A stretch of DNA of 63,092 bases, filler included, from Choristocarpus tenellus KU-1152 (Eukaryota > Protista > Phaeophyceae), in the NCBI GenBank assembly GCA_964200185.2. It is 11 parts of 11 records of this genome, joined end to end, with 100 filler letters (N's around TTAATTAATTAA, not from the genome) between each part and the next. Parts side by side here need not be neighbours in the genome. Positions count along the whole stretch, not along the records: positions 39,151 to 41,860 come from CAXNAD020025425.1; positions 41,961 to 45,847 come from CAXNAD020017354.1; positions 45,948 to 50,021 come from CAXNAD020016362.1; positions 50,122 to 63,092 come from CAXNAD020001627.1; 7 more parts are not named here. One strand, 5' to 3'. The position numbers were made by a program, and so were the translations under genes. Numbering within the stretch: the stretch's first letter is position 1; each line of letters begins with the position of its first letter. Of the stretch, positions 39,051 to 51,362 are shown in pieces. The notes beneath the pieces were generated by a model that made no database searches, was not told where the DNA came from, and saw nothing but the letters and a program-made list of their open reading frames with translations.

Positions 39051-39602
39051 NNNNNNNNNNNNNNNNNNNNNNNNNNNNNNNNNNNNNNNNNNNNTTAATT
39101 AATTAANNNNNNNNNNNNNNNNNNNNNNNNNNNNNNNNNNNNNNNNNNNNGCCTCCCCCTCGCCACATACGCCCGCAGCCGTGGAGGTCGCAACGGAGGA
39201 GGGGGGGGGGAGGAGGGGGGGGGGGGGCAATAGCTACTGGATGGATGAGGTTTGTACTGTTGATTGCGAGGCGTGTTGCTAAATTTAACTGTATCTTGCC
39301 CCCTGGGAAGAATAAAAATCTGAGTGTGTTTGTTTTGTAGCGTGGTGTTTTAGAGCCGGTTCTATTTTTGTGTGTTGTTGAGATTGGTGCGTAGGAGGCG
39401 CGTGGCCGATTGTTTATTTTGCATCTTTTTTTATTTCAAGTGAATGGTAGATTTTTTTTTTTATCAACTCTTGTTTTGATTTTGTGATCAGGAGAGAGCA
39501 TGGGACGCAATTGCGGTTGCGTGCCGGGTGAGAGGTCTTTTTTAGGTTCGGACACGTGAATCTAGGATTCGGACACGAGTAAATTAATGGCATGGTGTGA
39601 TT

Positions 39603-39721
39603 TTAATGGCTTGAAGTACTAGTGATGTTAATGGCTTGAAGTACTAGTGATGTTAATAGCTTGAAGTACTAGTGATGTTAATGGCCTGAAGTACTAGTGA
39701 TGTTAATGGCTTGAAGGACTA
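39603..39721 (+). repeat. Minisatellite, 25 bp x ~4.7
   Basis: Unit ttaatggcttgaagtactagtgatg with no spacers. Confidence 0.92.
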
Positions 39722-40306
39722 AGTACAGGCTTCACAACGATGACTTTTTTGAAATCAAGCTGTGACAGTGTTAGGGTGGTGCTCGAGTTTTTTTTTTGTT
39801 TTTTATTTTTTATTTCTGAGATAAGAGAAGTGTGCTTGTGTATATATATAGCCCTTACTTACTCTATAGGATGATTACTGTTATTTTTACAATTGTTACT
39901 GTGATTAAATATGATTTAGAAAGAATGAGAATGGTAATGGATGGATGCGACTGTTGAAAGTGAAAATTACGTGTTTTTTTTTCTACTCGAATGAGAAGAA
40001 AAAAAACGGATTTGGGTTTCCAGGTAAACCCTAACCCTAAAACCCTGTACTGTACACGGTGGGTTATGATAATAATAGTAGAAATATGGATTTGATATTA
40101 AAAAATAAGGATAAAAAATATAATTTATTATTGCTATGTACGTATGTAGATTTTAAAAAACTACCACCACTACAGCAGCCTAACCTCTGATCTATCCAAT
40201 GATGCTTACGTCCTCAACAATTGTTATTGGAAGCAATATAGGCGTATGTATGCCTTAGAATGTGTATTAACTTCTCCCTTTTTTGGTGATGGTCGTGTCT
40301 ATCTCT

Positions 40307-40450
40307 TGATTCTTGATTGTAGTGATGGGATGAAGAGAGCATGTTGATTCTTGATTGTTGTGATAAGATGAAGAGAGCATATGGATTGTTGATTCTTGAT
40401 TGTCTTGATGGAATGAAGAGAGCATATGGATTGTTGATTGTTGATTGTTG
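40307..40450 (+). repeat. Imperfect tandem repeat, ~36-45 bp x3
   Basis: ttgattcttgattg...gatgaagagagcat units. Confidence 0.8.
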
Positions 40451-41177
40451 GTCGACTAGCCCCGGCGACGGTCAAGGTGTTTTGACAGGTCTACACAACT
40501 GCGCATGCATGACTGCGTAACACACACTATTTGTACAATTTTATTTTATTTTTTCCTGCTGGCTAACGGCCTGACCCTAATCCTCTACAGTCGTATGTCT
40601 TTTTTTTTTGCGGCTGTATTTTGTAATGTATTATTATTGTATTATTATTTTTTATATTATTGCATTATTATATTATTTTATATTATTTTATTATTACGCA
40701 TATTTTTTCATTTTTTTTTTTATATATGTATATTTGTGTGTGTGTGTTTTTTTTTTTTTTTATGAGTGTTTTCTTTGACTACTCCTCGATTTTTTGTTTT
40801 TGGTGCTCGTGAATTTTTTTAATTTTTGTTGATTGGGGCTATATTAAAAAATCAATATATTTGTTTGTATGTATGTATATTTTCTGTTTCATGTAAGTGT
40901 ATACACACTTTTTTTTCTGTGCACGTATCTCATTGTGTTTGTGTTAAAAAAAATTAATGTTGTCTGTGTACCGTTGTGCATTTTTTTTTTTTCCTGTGGA
41001 GAGTAGAACTCTAACAGTGAGGGACTGTCTTGCTCGGTTACTGTTCCTGCGCTGGTGAGTGCGCCTCTGGTGGTGAACTGTGCATCCCGGACTACTGTGG
41101 TGCATAATGAGGAGCCTGGGGCACCAATGAGGTAGATACCTTGTAGTGCAATGTTATTATCATTCTTGTTATTGTCA

Positions 41178-41388
41178 CTATTGTCTTCACGTTGGTGTAA
41201 TGATTGTAATTTCTTTACCATGCTTTTCATTATTATTACTATTGTCTTCACATTAGTGTAATGATTGTAATTTCTTTACCGTGTCATTCATTATTATTAT
41301 TATTATTATTGTCTTCACATTAGTGTAATGATTGTAATTTCTTTACCATGTTATTTATTATTATGATTGTTGTCTTCACATTAGTGTG
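41178..41388 (+). repeat. Imperfect tandem repeat, ~60-68 bp x3.5
   Basis: ttgtcttcacattagtgtaatgattgtaatttctttacc plus variable (ATT)n. Confidence 0.85.
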
Positions 41389-42074
41389 GGGGGTCCTATA
41401 CCCATGGTTCAAAAGGTGGTCTGGTCAGAAGAAGGCAATGATACATGTATGCCACCTTTCATTGAATAATTGTAATGTCCTTACCATGTTATTTATTATT
41501 ATTATTATTAGTAGTAGTATTATCATTAGTCTGAAGGGTCCCAGACCCCGTGGTGTTGGAAAGGTATAATAATGCTTGTAATTGTGTTGGTTGAAGCACT
41601 TGCTTGATGTTGGGAACGAAGTCTTCATGTCAATTTCCTCCTTGAATAGAGTGGGGTAGATGTGATCCAAACAACGAGGCCTTCTCTTTGAAGAGAAGCC
41701 CTACTTCTTTTTTTTTCGGAATGGGTGAATTTTTTTGTTGATACTACTAAAAAATATACATATTTATTTATTTATTTTATGTTTTTTTTGCTGTGTGCAT
41801 CCTTTAAGACTTGAACCTTTGCTCGTGACATTGATGTATATATCAACAGGGGGGGAGGGGNNNNNNNNNNNNNNNNNNNNNNNNNNNNNNNNNNNNNNNN
41901 NNNNTTAATTAATTAANNNNNNNNNNNNNNNNNNNNNNNNNNNNNNNNNNNNNNNNNNNNCTCCCACGGGAGTGTCTGCGATGATGTGGTGGTCGGCCGT
42001 TTTTTTTTCTCGTGTGCAGACAGAGCCCACACTGGGGGGGGGGGTGATGTGACGGACAGATCCCTTTGGGAGGT

Positions 42075-42344
42075 GAGTGAAAGTATCTTAGAGGGTACGA
42101 TTTTTGCCCTGTTTGTCCATTTGGGTCTTGGCTTCCCATGCGTTTTTTAATGACATTTTCCTACTCCTAAATGTTTCGGAGTGTGTAAAATGTTTATGTT
42201 ATTAGAAAGTGTGTCCAGAGCATCGACATTGACACTTCCTAACACACACAATAGCCAAAATTACATCAANNNNNNNNCGAAATTGAAACATTGGACTTTG
42301 GCCTCCAAATGGACGCGGCTGTACCCTCTAAGATACTTTGGCTC
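42075..42344 (+). mobile_element. MITE family A
   Basis: TIRs; perfect TSD aggt/aggt; small internal N gap. Confidence 0.9.
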
Positions 42345-42978
42345 AGGTGACCTTAGTCCAATCCACATCACCGCGCACACACAAGGGCGATTGTTGTGCA
42401 CACACTTCTTTGTTATTGGTGACGTTCCCGCCAACATCAAACACTGAAATGTTTTTGAGAATTCTTAGACCACTTGCCGTTGAACGGTGACAAAGATGTG
42501 ATGTCACCAATCTGATCCGAGATTCTAAAAACGTTCCCTAAGATATCATGACTGAGAGAGCTTTGGGTTTGCTGAAAGCACCCCAACGTGACATCACCGG
42601 TGATTCTGAACACCCCCCAAGATTGATTGGACCCTGACTCACGACAGAGGGCATAATAGAATCTATATAGAGAGAGAGAGCTTGTGGTGGTATGGTTTTC
42701 TGATATTTTGAAACAAACACGATCAAGCCCACTCGCAAGTCTATGCGCGAGGGTGACAGTCTGTACAAATAGTGTACAAACACCGATGGCAGATGGATCG
42801 ACAGGAATCACTTGGTCTTATGCAGTACATACATGGGAAACTGGGAGAAGTAAGTGATGATAATGTGGACAAATCAATATCGGAAGAATCAATGGCCGTC
42901 CCTGGCATAAATCAGAGCTTTACACGTTGGATGGACTGACTCGTGGCCGTATGGCCAACAGTGAACATGCTAACTTCC

Positions 42979-43235
42979 GAGTGAAAGTATTTTAGAGGGT
43001 ACGAGTTTTTCCCTGTTTGTCCATTTGGGGCTAGACTTCCCACAGGTTTATAATGACATTTTACCTACTCAGAAACTTCGGAGTAGGTAAAATGTGTACG
43101 TTATGGAAAGATGTGTCCGGAACAAGGATATTGACATCTCCTATAAAATGCGATAGCCAAAACTACATCAGAATCGCAACATTGGATTTTGGCCCCCAAA
43201 CGGACGTGGCTCTACCCTCTGAGATACTTTGACTC
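42979..43235 (+). mobile_element. MITE family A
   Basis: TIRs; perfect TSD ttcc/ttcc. Confidence 0.92.
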
Positions 43236-43373
43236 TTCCTCGCCAGATGAAAAGCCCTGCTTAAGTGTAGGATATACCAGATACAAGAGGCAAGATACAA
43301 GATGCAAATAATAATGAATGGTGACTAGAGAGTCATCCTGAACACATGGCTAGCCCGAATGTATAAAAAATCA

Positions 43374-44017
43374 GGGCTTTTCATAAGGCCTGGCAGTTGG
43401 CATGTCCACTGTTGGCCATATGGCCACGGGCTGGTCCGTGACCCCAGCATGCCGAAACGGTTAATGGCCATGGATTTGGTCATGTTCAAACTTGGTTATA
43501 CATGGCCCGCGGCAGCCCCACTCATGTTGAGTAACTGGTGGCCATGGACTCGGCAGTATTCAAACTTGGTTGTACATGGCTTACATGGCTGCCCATTGGT
43601 CCCAGTCATGTTGAGTAAGCAATGTTCATGGACTAGGCCATGTTAGAACATTTTATGTGAGGCTGGTCAGGTAGTATATTTTTTACACTCGGCCTGGCCA
43701 TGTCACGGCCATGCCTCCTATTTTATATTTGGCCTCTCTTCAATAATATATCCCAAATTTCAAATTTCTATTGCTGGAACTGCTAAATATATTGCATGTA
43801 GTGATATTTCTACATTATTTCATACAAAAATATGTTGTTGGGTATGTGAGGTAATTTGTGATCCGTGTGTGTGTTAATGTCTCACATTCACACTTGTAAT
43901 CTATTAAAAGTTAGCCTGGTCCATCAATGAACATGCTCAAGGACATGTTGAATATTTTTGGGACTGGTCCAACATGTAGACGGACCTTTTTTAATTTGCT
44001 GGCCCTGTGAAAAGCCC
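43374..44017. mobile_element. PIF/Harbinger (Tourist-like) non-autonomous element
   Basis: TIRs GGGCTTTTCATAAGGCCTGGCA / TGCTGGCCCTGTGAAAAGCCC, 3-bp TSD tca/tca, no convincing ORF. Confidence 0.75.
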
Positions 44018-45775
44018 TCAAAAAAACGTTCCGTTTCCATAGACAAAATGTTCTAACATGACCGACTCTATGGCTGTCGCTACTTCAACATGACCAGAGT
44101 CGTTGCTGGTTGGGTAAAACTAAGTTCGAGCATTGTCGAGTTCACGACTATCAACCCTCTCCACATGGGCCGCAAACCAAATGGCCGACACTGGACATAC
44201 GCAAAATACCCAAACCATTGAAACGCTCTGAATATATCGCGATTACTCAAAGCTGGGTAATGAAAGGTTTCATCATTTTTCGTACAAAATGAGCATTACC
44301 TCTGCAGAGGTAGGCCATTGACACGCTCAAATCGTCAACCTCTACTACATAGTGCGTGAATGTTTAGATTGCCATCAAGTATACCGAGATTTTTCGATCC
44401 TACCTAACTCTGTTCATTATAATACAAATAATATGGCTTCGATTCACAACATTATAACACTATCACAGTGAACACGAAGTGGGTAAGTATTTATGTTCCT
44501 ATTGTTTCAAACACTGACCACTTACTTCCCTTCTACCTCTTTCTTTTTGGTCCAAGCATTTCACCAAACACAAAGAAGATAGTTGGCCCAGAAAGAGATA
44601 CATTTTTTTATCTGAAGGTTGCAGGGTACACGTGCAAATTGTGCTATTCATAGATGGTCCATAATATATTTTGTGACTGGCACGTGGATGGAGGAAGACA
44701 AAGTTGTGGGCCCATCTTACCAGCATGCTTTAGCAAGGAACATCGGTCAAATTGGGCATGTTTTGATACATTGTCGGAGTGACGATATAGTTTTAGGCAT
44801 GAAGAGATATGTAGTGGGCACGGTTGTATGGTTTGTGTGTACCTCCTGACATGCAAAAGAGTGAAATAACAGAACCACTAACCGAACCATTTCGGTTGAA
44901 ATACCGACCGCGAAGTGTATTTCGACCGAAAAATAAATTAGGAAATTGAATTGACGTGACTAGGAACTCTTTTTCTACCATACTACAGTTCTTAAGGGTC
45001 CCACCCCAACCCATGCAACAGAACTTGCAGCTCCTACACGACATCAGAATCATTCACCTTTCATTCGCACTCTGAATTGTTGTAGTACCAGCCCACCTCA
45101 ACATCTCAGACTCAGACCCATGCCTGTGCCTTCGGCCCATCCATAACACACGCTGTGACTGTACACTACCTTTCTTGTTTGCAAAGTTTCATCTGCACCT
45201 TGTACGGAAACCACGATGAATCTGAATTTCCTAAAGTACTGCTCTGGATGCACAAAGAGGACAACCAAAGGGTTAGTTGTCATATACCCGTAAGAGGATT
45301 CATGAAAGGTCAAGGTCTACATTCGTTCCAAGGACTAACCTCAGTTGGCCTCAGCAAGGAAACGAACAACTCCCACTCGTGTACTAAGCAACGAATGCTG
45401 ATGGCCTAAGATGAAATACCAACAGATAACATGACTACTGTCTAATTAACCCAAGAATATCAGTGAAGTCTGCTGGGCAAGAAATATACGTTCTATCTTC
45501 ACCACCGTACTTAAGAATGCTGGTGTCAGTTGCACCTAAGTTGTGATGCCACTTCCAGATCTTGTGCTTAATCCACACGGACTCCACGCCTGTCTACAAG
45601 AACTCCCAGTACTATGGTTGCTATAATATCCAGCAGTACCTGCTCAACAATGTACTAACAACAATACTTCAGATAATCCCATAACAATTCCTCTACACTC
45701 TAGTTATGTTCTGTTACAATACTACTGAATAGAGATGTCCAGATAAACGATATTTCGATATATGATCCTCCTTCA

Positions 45776-46013
45776 GAGCCAAAGTATCTTAGAGGGTAGA
45801 GCCGCGTCCATTTGTGGGTCAAAATACAATGTTGTGATTTTGACGTANNNNNNNNNNNNNNNNNNNNNNNNNNNNNNNNNNNNNNNNNNNNTTAATTAAT
45901 TAANNNNNNNNNNNNNNNNNNNNNNNNNNNNNNNNNNNNNNNNNNNNCCATGGGAAGCCAAGCCCCAAATGGACAAACAGGGAAATATTCGTACCCTCTG
46001 AGATACTTCACTC
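45776..46013 (-). mobile_element. MITE family A ends on either side of a spacer
   Basis: Left end 45776-45847 and right end 45948-46013; flanks ttca/attg do not match, so these may be two different copies. Confidence 0.75.
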
Positions 46014-46880
46014 ATTGGTTACAACAAAACCAAAACCACACCATATCACCCCCAAGGAAATTCTGTGTTAGAGAGAGTACATGCTACGTTGTATTCTATG
46101 CTAGCAATGTATATCTCTATTGCTGAGGATAACTGGGCATCATTACTGCCTTTTGTACAGTTAGCACATAACACGGCATTCAGTGCAAAGTTGCATGAAA
46201 CTCCGTTTTTCCTTCTGTTTGGAAGACAAGTTCGTTTGCCTGTTGATATTATCCTTGGTTCGTCTAATGCTGATTCAGATATCACTACTGAAGAGTTTGC
46301 TCAGCAAATCAAAGATAATTTACAGCTTGCATTTGAGTTGGCACGCTGTTGTAACCTCCATGAACAAGTTTAAAATCAGGAGTGTGACAACCATCTTGTG
46401 TTCTCCGTTTTCATACCTGGTGGTCAAGTTCTAATCCATGGGCCACATGAGAGTACTGATGGTCTGAATCCGAAGTTACTTCACCCTTGGAGGGGTCTGT
46501 ATGAAGTACATTCTAAGGTACCACCCATTGTGTACGGGGTAGTATTATCCGGAAACCCACATCTATTTTCCATTCATCTGGGTAGAATGAAGCTTTAATA
46601 TTCTCAAGTCCAAACTACCACATCAGATTTGAATGAAATGGATTATTTGTTTCCTAGAACCATTTCCATTACCGGATGTAGAAATCAAATCTCTCAACCT
46701 CTTATTGGCCAATACACTATTCACAGCATTGTTGGGCATAGATTTGGTTTTGGTTGTTGTCTGTCTCGTCTACTAATGTTATCTATCACCTTCGTCTTTG
46801 TGGCCATGGACCGTCTTGTGACCTTCACAAAAGAATAAAACAGACCCCGCAATGCTGTGAAATTATTGCAGTCTTATCGT
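46014..46880 (+). mobile_element. Ty3/Gypsy integrase C-terminus with GPY/F and chromodomain-like relic
   Basis: TTPYHPQGNSVLERVH...W...LPFVQLAHNT...TPFFLLFGR, KLLHPWRGLYEV, then YTIHSIVGHR / YHLRLCGHGPSCD; frameshifted. Confidence 0.88.
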
Positions 46881-48216
46881 GCAGTAAATGGATTGGATAA
46901 CCAGCAAAATTCTCGTCCCACACAGTGTTCACTTGATAATTCGTATTTACTGTTACCATACTCCGTTGCATCGTCTCCATATCATGTATTGACATAATAT
47001 TGTAACCTATTGTTTCAGTAAAGAGATTAATATATGTATGTGCGATACAGATCCTTGCCATATTTTTGTGTATTTGTTTTATGATGACTTGTGTGTCTTG
47101 GCCGGATCTCGTTGTACCCACATACCGTAATCCTTTAGATAGGTTGACCATCTAGTTTAGACAAATCGCTTGTGTGTCATTTTGTCATGGATGGGTATAG
47201 TCTATCGTTTTATGAAGAGATGAGATAACTGGTAACAGGTGTCAGTTAACCTGTTCATGACGAGCTCTAACTTGACATCTTGTGTTTACCAAGTTTATCA
47301 ATCCTTGCACATAGACTGAATTTGGATAATTTAAGAATACAATAAATATTATATCTCAACTCTCCTCGTTTGCATGACACATGCGGTGGTGAAGAGACCG
47401 TATCACCACCGCGCACAATAGCACCTGTGTGCTAAAGGTGACTGTTCATTACATTATATTACTTTTTTATGAATTGGATTTATTGACCATCATGAAATGA
47501 CTAAACGTATTAAAAACAATAGATTCAAATCCACCACTAGGTAAGAGATGGAAACTTCAAGTGAGTCATACATGTTGTCTGTTATATTTTTCGAGTGGCA
47601 TGGTCCCCCCGACATTATATAATAGTTGTACAGTCACCTCATATCGTTTTTGGAGAGTTGAACCACCAATGTTGCACATCCGAGTTGTCCACTTGGAATA
47701 TTGTAGTCATCGTGAGCAATATTCCAATCGACATCAGAATTTGAGAAAGGAGAATGGGTGCACAAATTTGATCTCATGATCTGCTGTATTGATCTTGATC
47801 ATGTAACACTCGGTGTTGATTTCACGCATCGCAGTGGTGATCAAAATCATCGAATAACACTCATACAGCATTTGCTCCTCTTACACCTATTCTGAATATC
47901 CTCTGTTTTATACAAGATAATAGAGACCCTATATGCTGGCCACATATACCTCTCGGCTCATCTTTAGACTGATTGATATGCTGATTCCATACTCTCAGAC
48001 CTTGTAAGCTTGATTGGTGTGCTGACCACATACCATCAACCTTCAGGCTAATGATATCCTGATCAGATATTCATTGATGCCTTGTTTATATATTACACTA
48101 CATTGTGTATTAATGGAGCTGTGTAATAAAATGGTGTAATAGTATACTAACAGTCACACATGTTTCCCATTTCAATCCCAGAGCTCACTCTTTGGTTGAC
48201 CTTGAATCATGTTTAT

Positions 48217-48490
48217 GAGTGAAAGTATCTTAGAGGGTACGATTTTTTCCCTGTTTGTCCATTTGGGGCTTGGCTTCCCACGGGTTTCTAATGGCACGGG
48301 TTTCTAATGGCATTTTACCTACTCCAAAATGTTTTGGAGTAGGTAAAATAAATACGTTATGAAAAGGTGTGTCCGGAACAAGGATATTGACATTTTCTAA
48401 CAAACATGATAGCCAAAGTTACATCAAAATTGCAACATTGGATTTTGAGCCCAAATGGGCACGACTCTACCCTCTAAGATACTTTCACTC
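48217..48490 (+). mobile_element. MITE family A
   Basis: Near-perfect TIRs, TSD ttat/ttac, internal 16-bp tandem duplication. Confidence 0.9.
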
Positions 48491-51081
48491 TTACATGACT
48501 ACAAGGCCGATCAAAAGGGGGGTGATGTGGAAAGCATCTTTGTTATTATACTCCTTATTTCCGTATGTTAACTACCATTGTATCAATTGAGGTTCCTTGT
48601 CAAGAATCCCTGACTCCAGTGGAGGATCTTCCGTGAGAATGAGTCCATGGAATCTCTTCAACAGACCAGTTCCACAGATATGACACTGCTCTTCATTCAG
48701 AGTTGTCAAACACGAAAGATTCACTTTGTTCTCACGTCTTGACATTTCTGATGATCCTCTCACAAGATCCTCAGTCTGTCAGTCCACACAGTTTTTGTAC
48801 AAGCAGTCTCGCACTTTTCCAACTTTTACCTCATCCTCTCGGTTACGGTTGTTAATCTTGGTGTGTCTGGTCTGTCTTGCCTGGTGATTCTCTTCACCAC
48901 CTTTGCCTGAGTGAACCATGACGCCACAGAATCACAAGATTCATAGTTTGTTTTTGTTTCATCCTAACATTAGATTGAGTGTAGTCACTCGCTTTGGCGA
49001 TTTCTTATTTCTATTTTTGTATTTTTGGTTTAAAGAAGAAAAATGTTCCACTGCACCAATAACAATAACAATGACAATACATAATTTATTGTTGCTGGTC
49101 CCATATATACACTGCATTTGCATGTATGTTCTGTAGTAAATCAAGGGTTAATCGCTATCAAAGAGGATCAGCACTCAACTAATGAAGGATGTCTACGAAG
49201 TGGCAGATGGAGAAAAGTCAACCAAAATTTACATGTAAAACTTGAAAAAATAGTATTAATAGTGTGTCCGAATCAATTCCTGAATATTAACCTATCACAT
49301 GCCTGCTGCAATAAATATAGTATCATTATTACTGGTGTTGATATATAAAATAGCTAAATGTTATTTCCAGAAATAGGGGTGATGTCCACGATAGTTTTAA
49401 TTGGTTGCATTGTAACCATAGAGGTGATATCTAAAGACAATTAAAACACTGCCAATGCTACTGTTGATAAATACAATATTTGAAAAAATATATATTAAAA
49501 AGTTGACAATTGCGGAACATTTTGTTGAGATACATAATGAATAGTGAAATACATTATTATTATATTATTATTATTATATGCAAATGTAGCAGTAGAAGAG
49601 TAAAAAAATAATACCGCAGATGCAATAAAAAACGACTAAATCAACCTGGGGGTATCACTTGCATTGCATCAAACATGAAAAATAAAATCCTTCCAATGTC
49701 AACATCAATATATTTTTTTCATGTAAAAGTCAGAAATGCCAGGCTCAGTTATACAACACCCTTGCACATGCCGCTGCATCCACAACAGTAACTCCAACAA
49801 ATCACAAATACCACCTGGCGAAGGCATCAAATAAACTATTACTTCTTAAACACACAGCAAATAATATACATGATCTCTTCAGCATGTTTTAATTGAAATG
49901 AAAAAAACAGAGGCTTTTTTAATTCTCCCACCTACCCATCCAACCCCCCCCCCCAAAAGTCTGAAAACACACACACACACACACACACCCACCCAAAACA
50001 GATTTAAAATAAAACAAATAANNNNNNNNNNNNNNNNNNNNNNNNNNNNNNNNNNNNNNNNNNNNTTAATTAATTAANNNNNNNNNNNNNNNNNNNNNNN
50101 NNNNNNNNNNNNNNNNNNNNNGTGATTCTCTTCGCCACCCTTGCCTGAGTGAACCACGCCGCCACAGAATCACACGATTCACATATGCTGCATTCAATTA
50201 CATTTGATTCTTCCTATTTGGTCATAATCCATCGATTGACGTGTTTGGACCCCTTTTGTCAGTGAAGGCAATGCTTCTGGGTGAAGGCATCTACCTTCTA
50301 TTTAGTACATGCTTTGTTTGGTTGATTTGATGCTTGCTAATTGATCATATTTTATTGTCCTACTGGTTAGGACCAAATATCTCATACAGGCCTTGAATTT
50401 TGTTCTTTGTACGATGGTAGGGAATTTTGTTCTTGTCAAACACGAAATTATTTCCTAATACTCAAAGGTGTAACAATTTTCGATGGTATTTCAATCATTG
50501 AGTATGACAACCTTTGATCTTTTTACAAGTTGGAGACGATACATATGTGCGAGACAACATTCAAGGTAAGCATGTCACTCCTTCAGAACCAAGGTTTCTA
50601 TGTAGTATATGCTGCGTTCAATTACCTTCAGTTCTTGCTATTTAGTCACAATTCGTCCTTTCTGATGGGTTAGGACCAAATAAAATATACTGGCGTAGGA
50701 ATTTTGATCCGTGTATGGTGCTAGGAAATATATTCATGTCACGACATGTGTACTGCATTGAATCTGTCAACTACTCTAAGGATGTCACAATCAGCGATAG
50801 AACTTTGTTGTAGAGTGTGAAACCTTGGGGAACTCGATAATTTCGAGTCAATATAAACACATGTGTGACAACTAATCATATAAGCACAGCAGTCCTTCTG
50901 TGGGTTACGGTTTTTCTTACTACTTAGCATACGCTGTGTTCAAATACATTCGATTCTTGCCTCTTGATTACAATCCATTGTCAGATGTGCTTGGATCAAG
51001 TATTCTATACCGTCGATGAATTTTGATGTGTACATGATGCTAGCAAATACTTCCATATATACTTGAAAACGCACAAATGCA

Positions 51082-51362
51082 TTGCTCAACATTTCTTTCT
51101 TGATGATGAAGAACTGCTAAATGATCAAGATAAAACCTGATAAGAATAATCTCGTTTCTCGAAACCTTTTCTGCATTTCATATATTCTTGCTCAGAAACA
51201 AGCTAGGCTACATGCTTCATTGTTGTTCAACATTTCTTTTTTGACTAAGAACTGCTGAATGCCTGTCAACATCAAACCTCATAAAAACACTCTCATTTCC
51301 TGTAAACTTGCCTGCATTTCATATATTCTTGGTCATAAACTAGTGAGACTACATGCTTCATT
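51082..51362. repeat. Diverged tandem duplication, ~141-bp period
   Basis: Shared ctgcatttcatatattcttg...ctacatgcttcattg blocks. Confidence 0.75.

Noticed and set aside
39603-39721. CRISPR-like 25-bp repeats
   Set aside because: Units are contiguous with no unique spacers, there are no cas genes, and the context is eukaryotic.
41178-41388. Repeat-spacer appearance
   Set aside because: The 'spacers' are just variable ATT microsatellite; this is an ordinary minisatellite.
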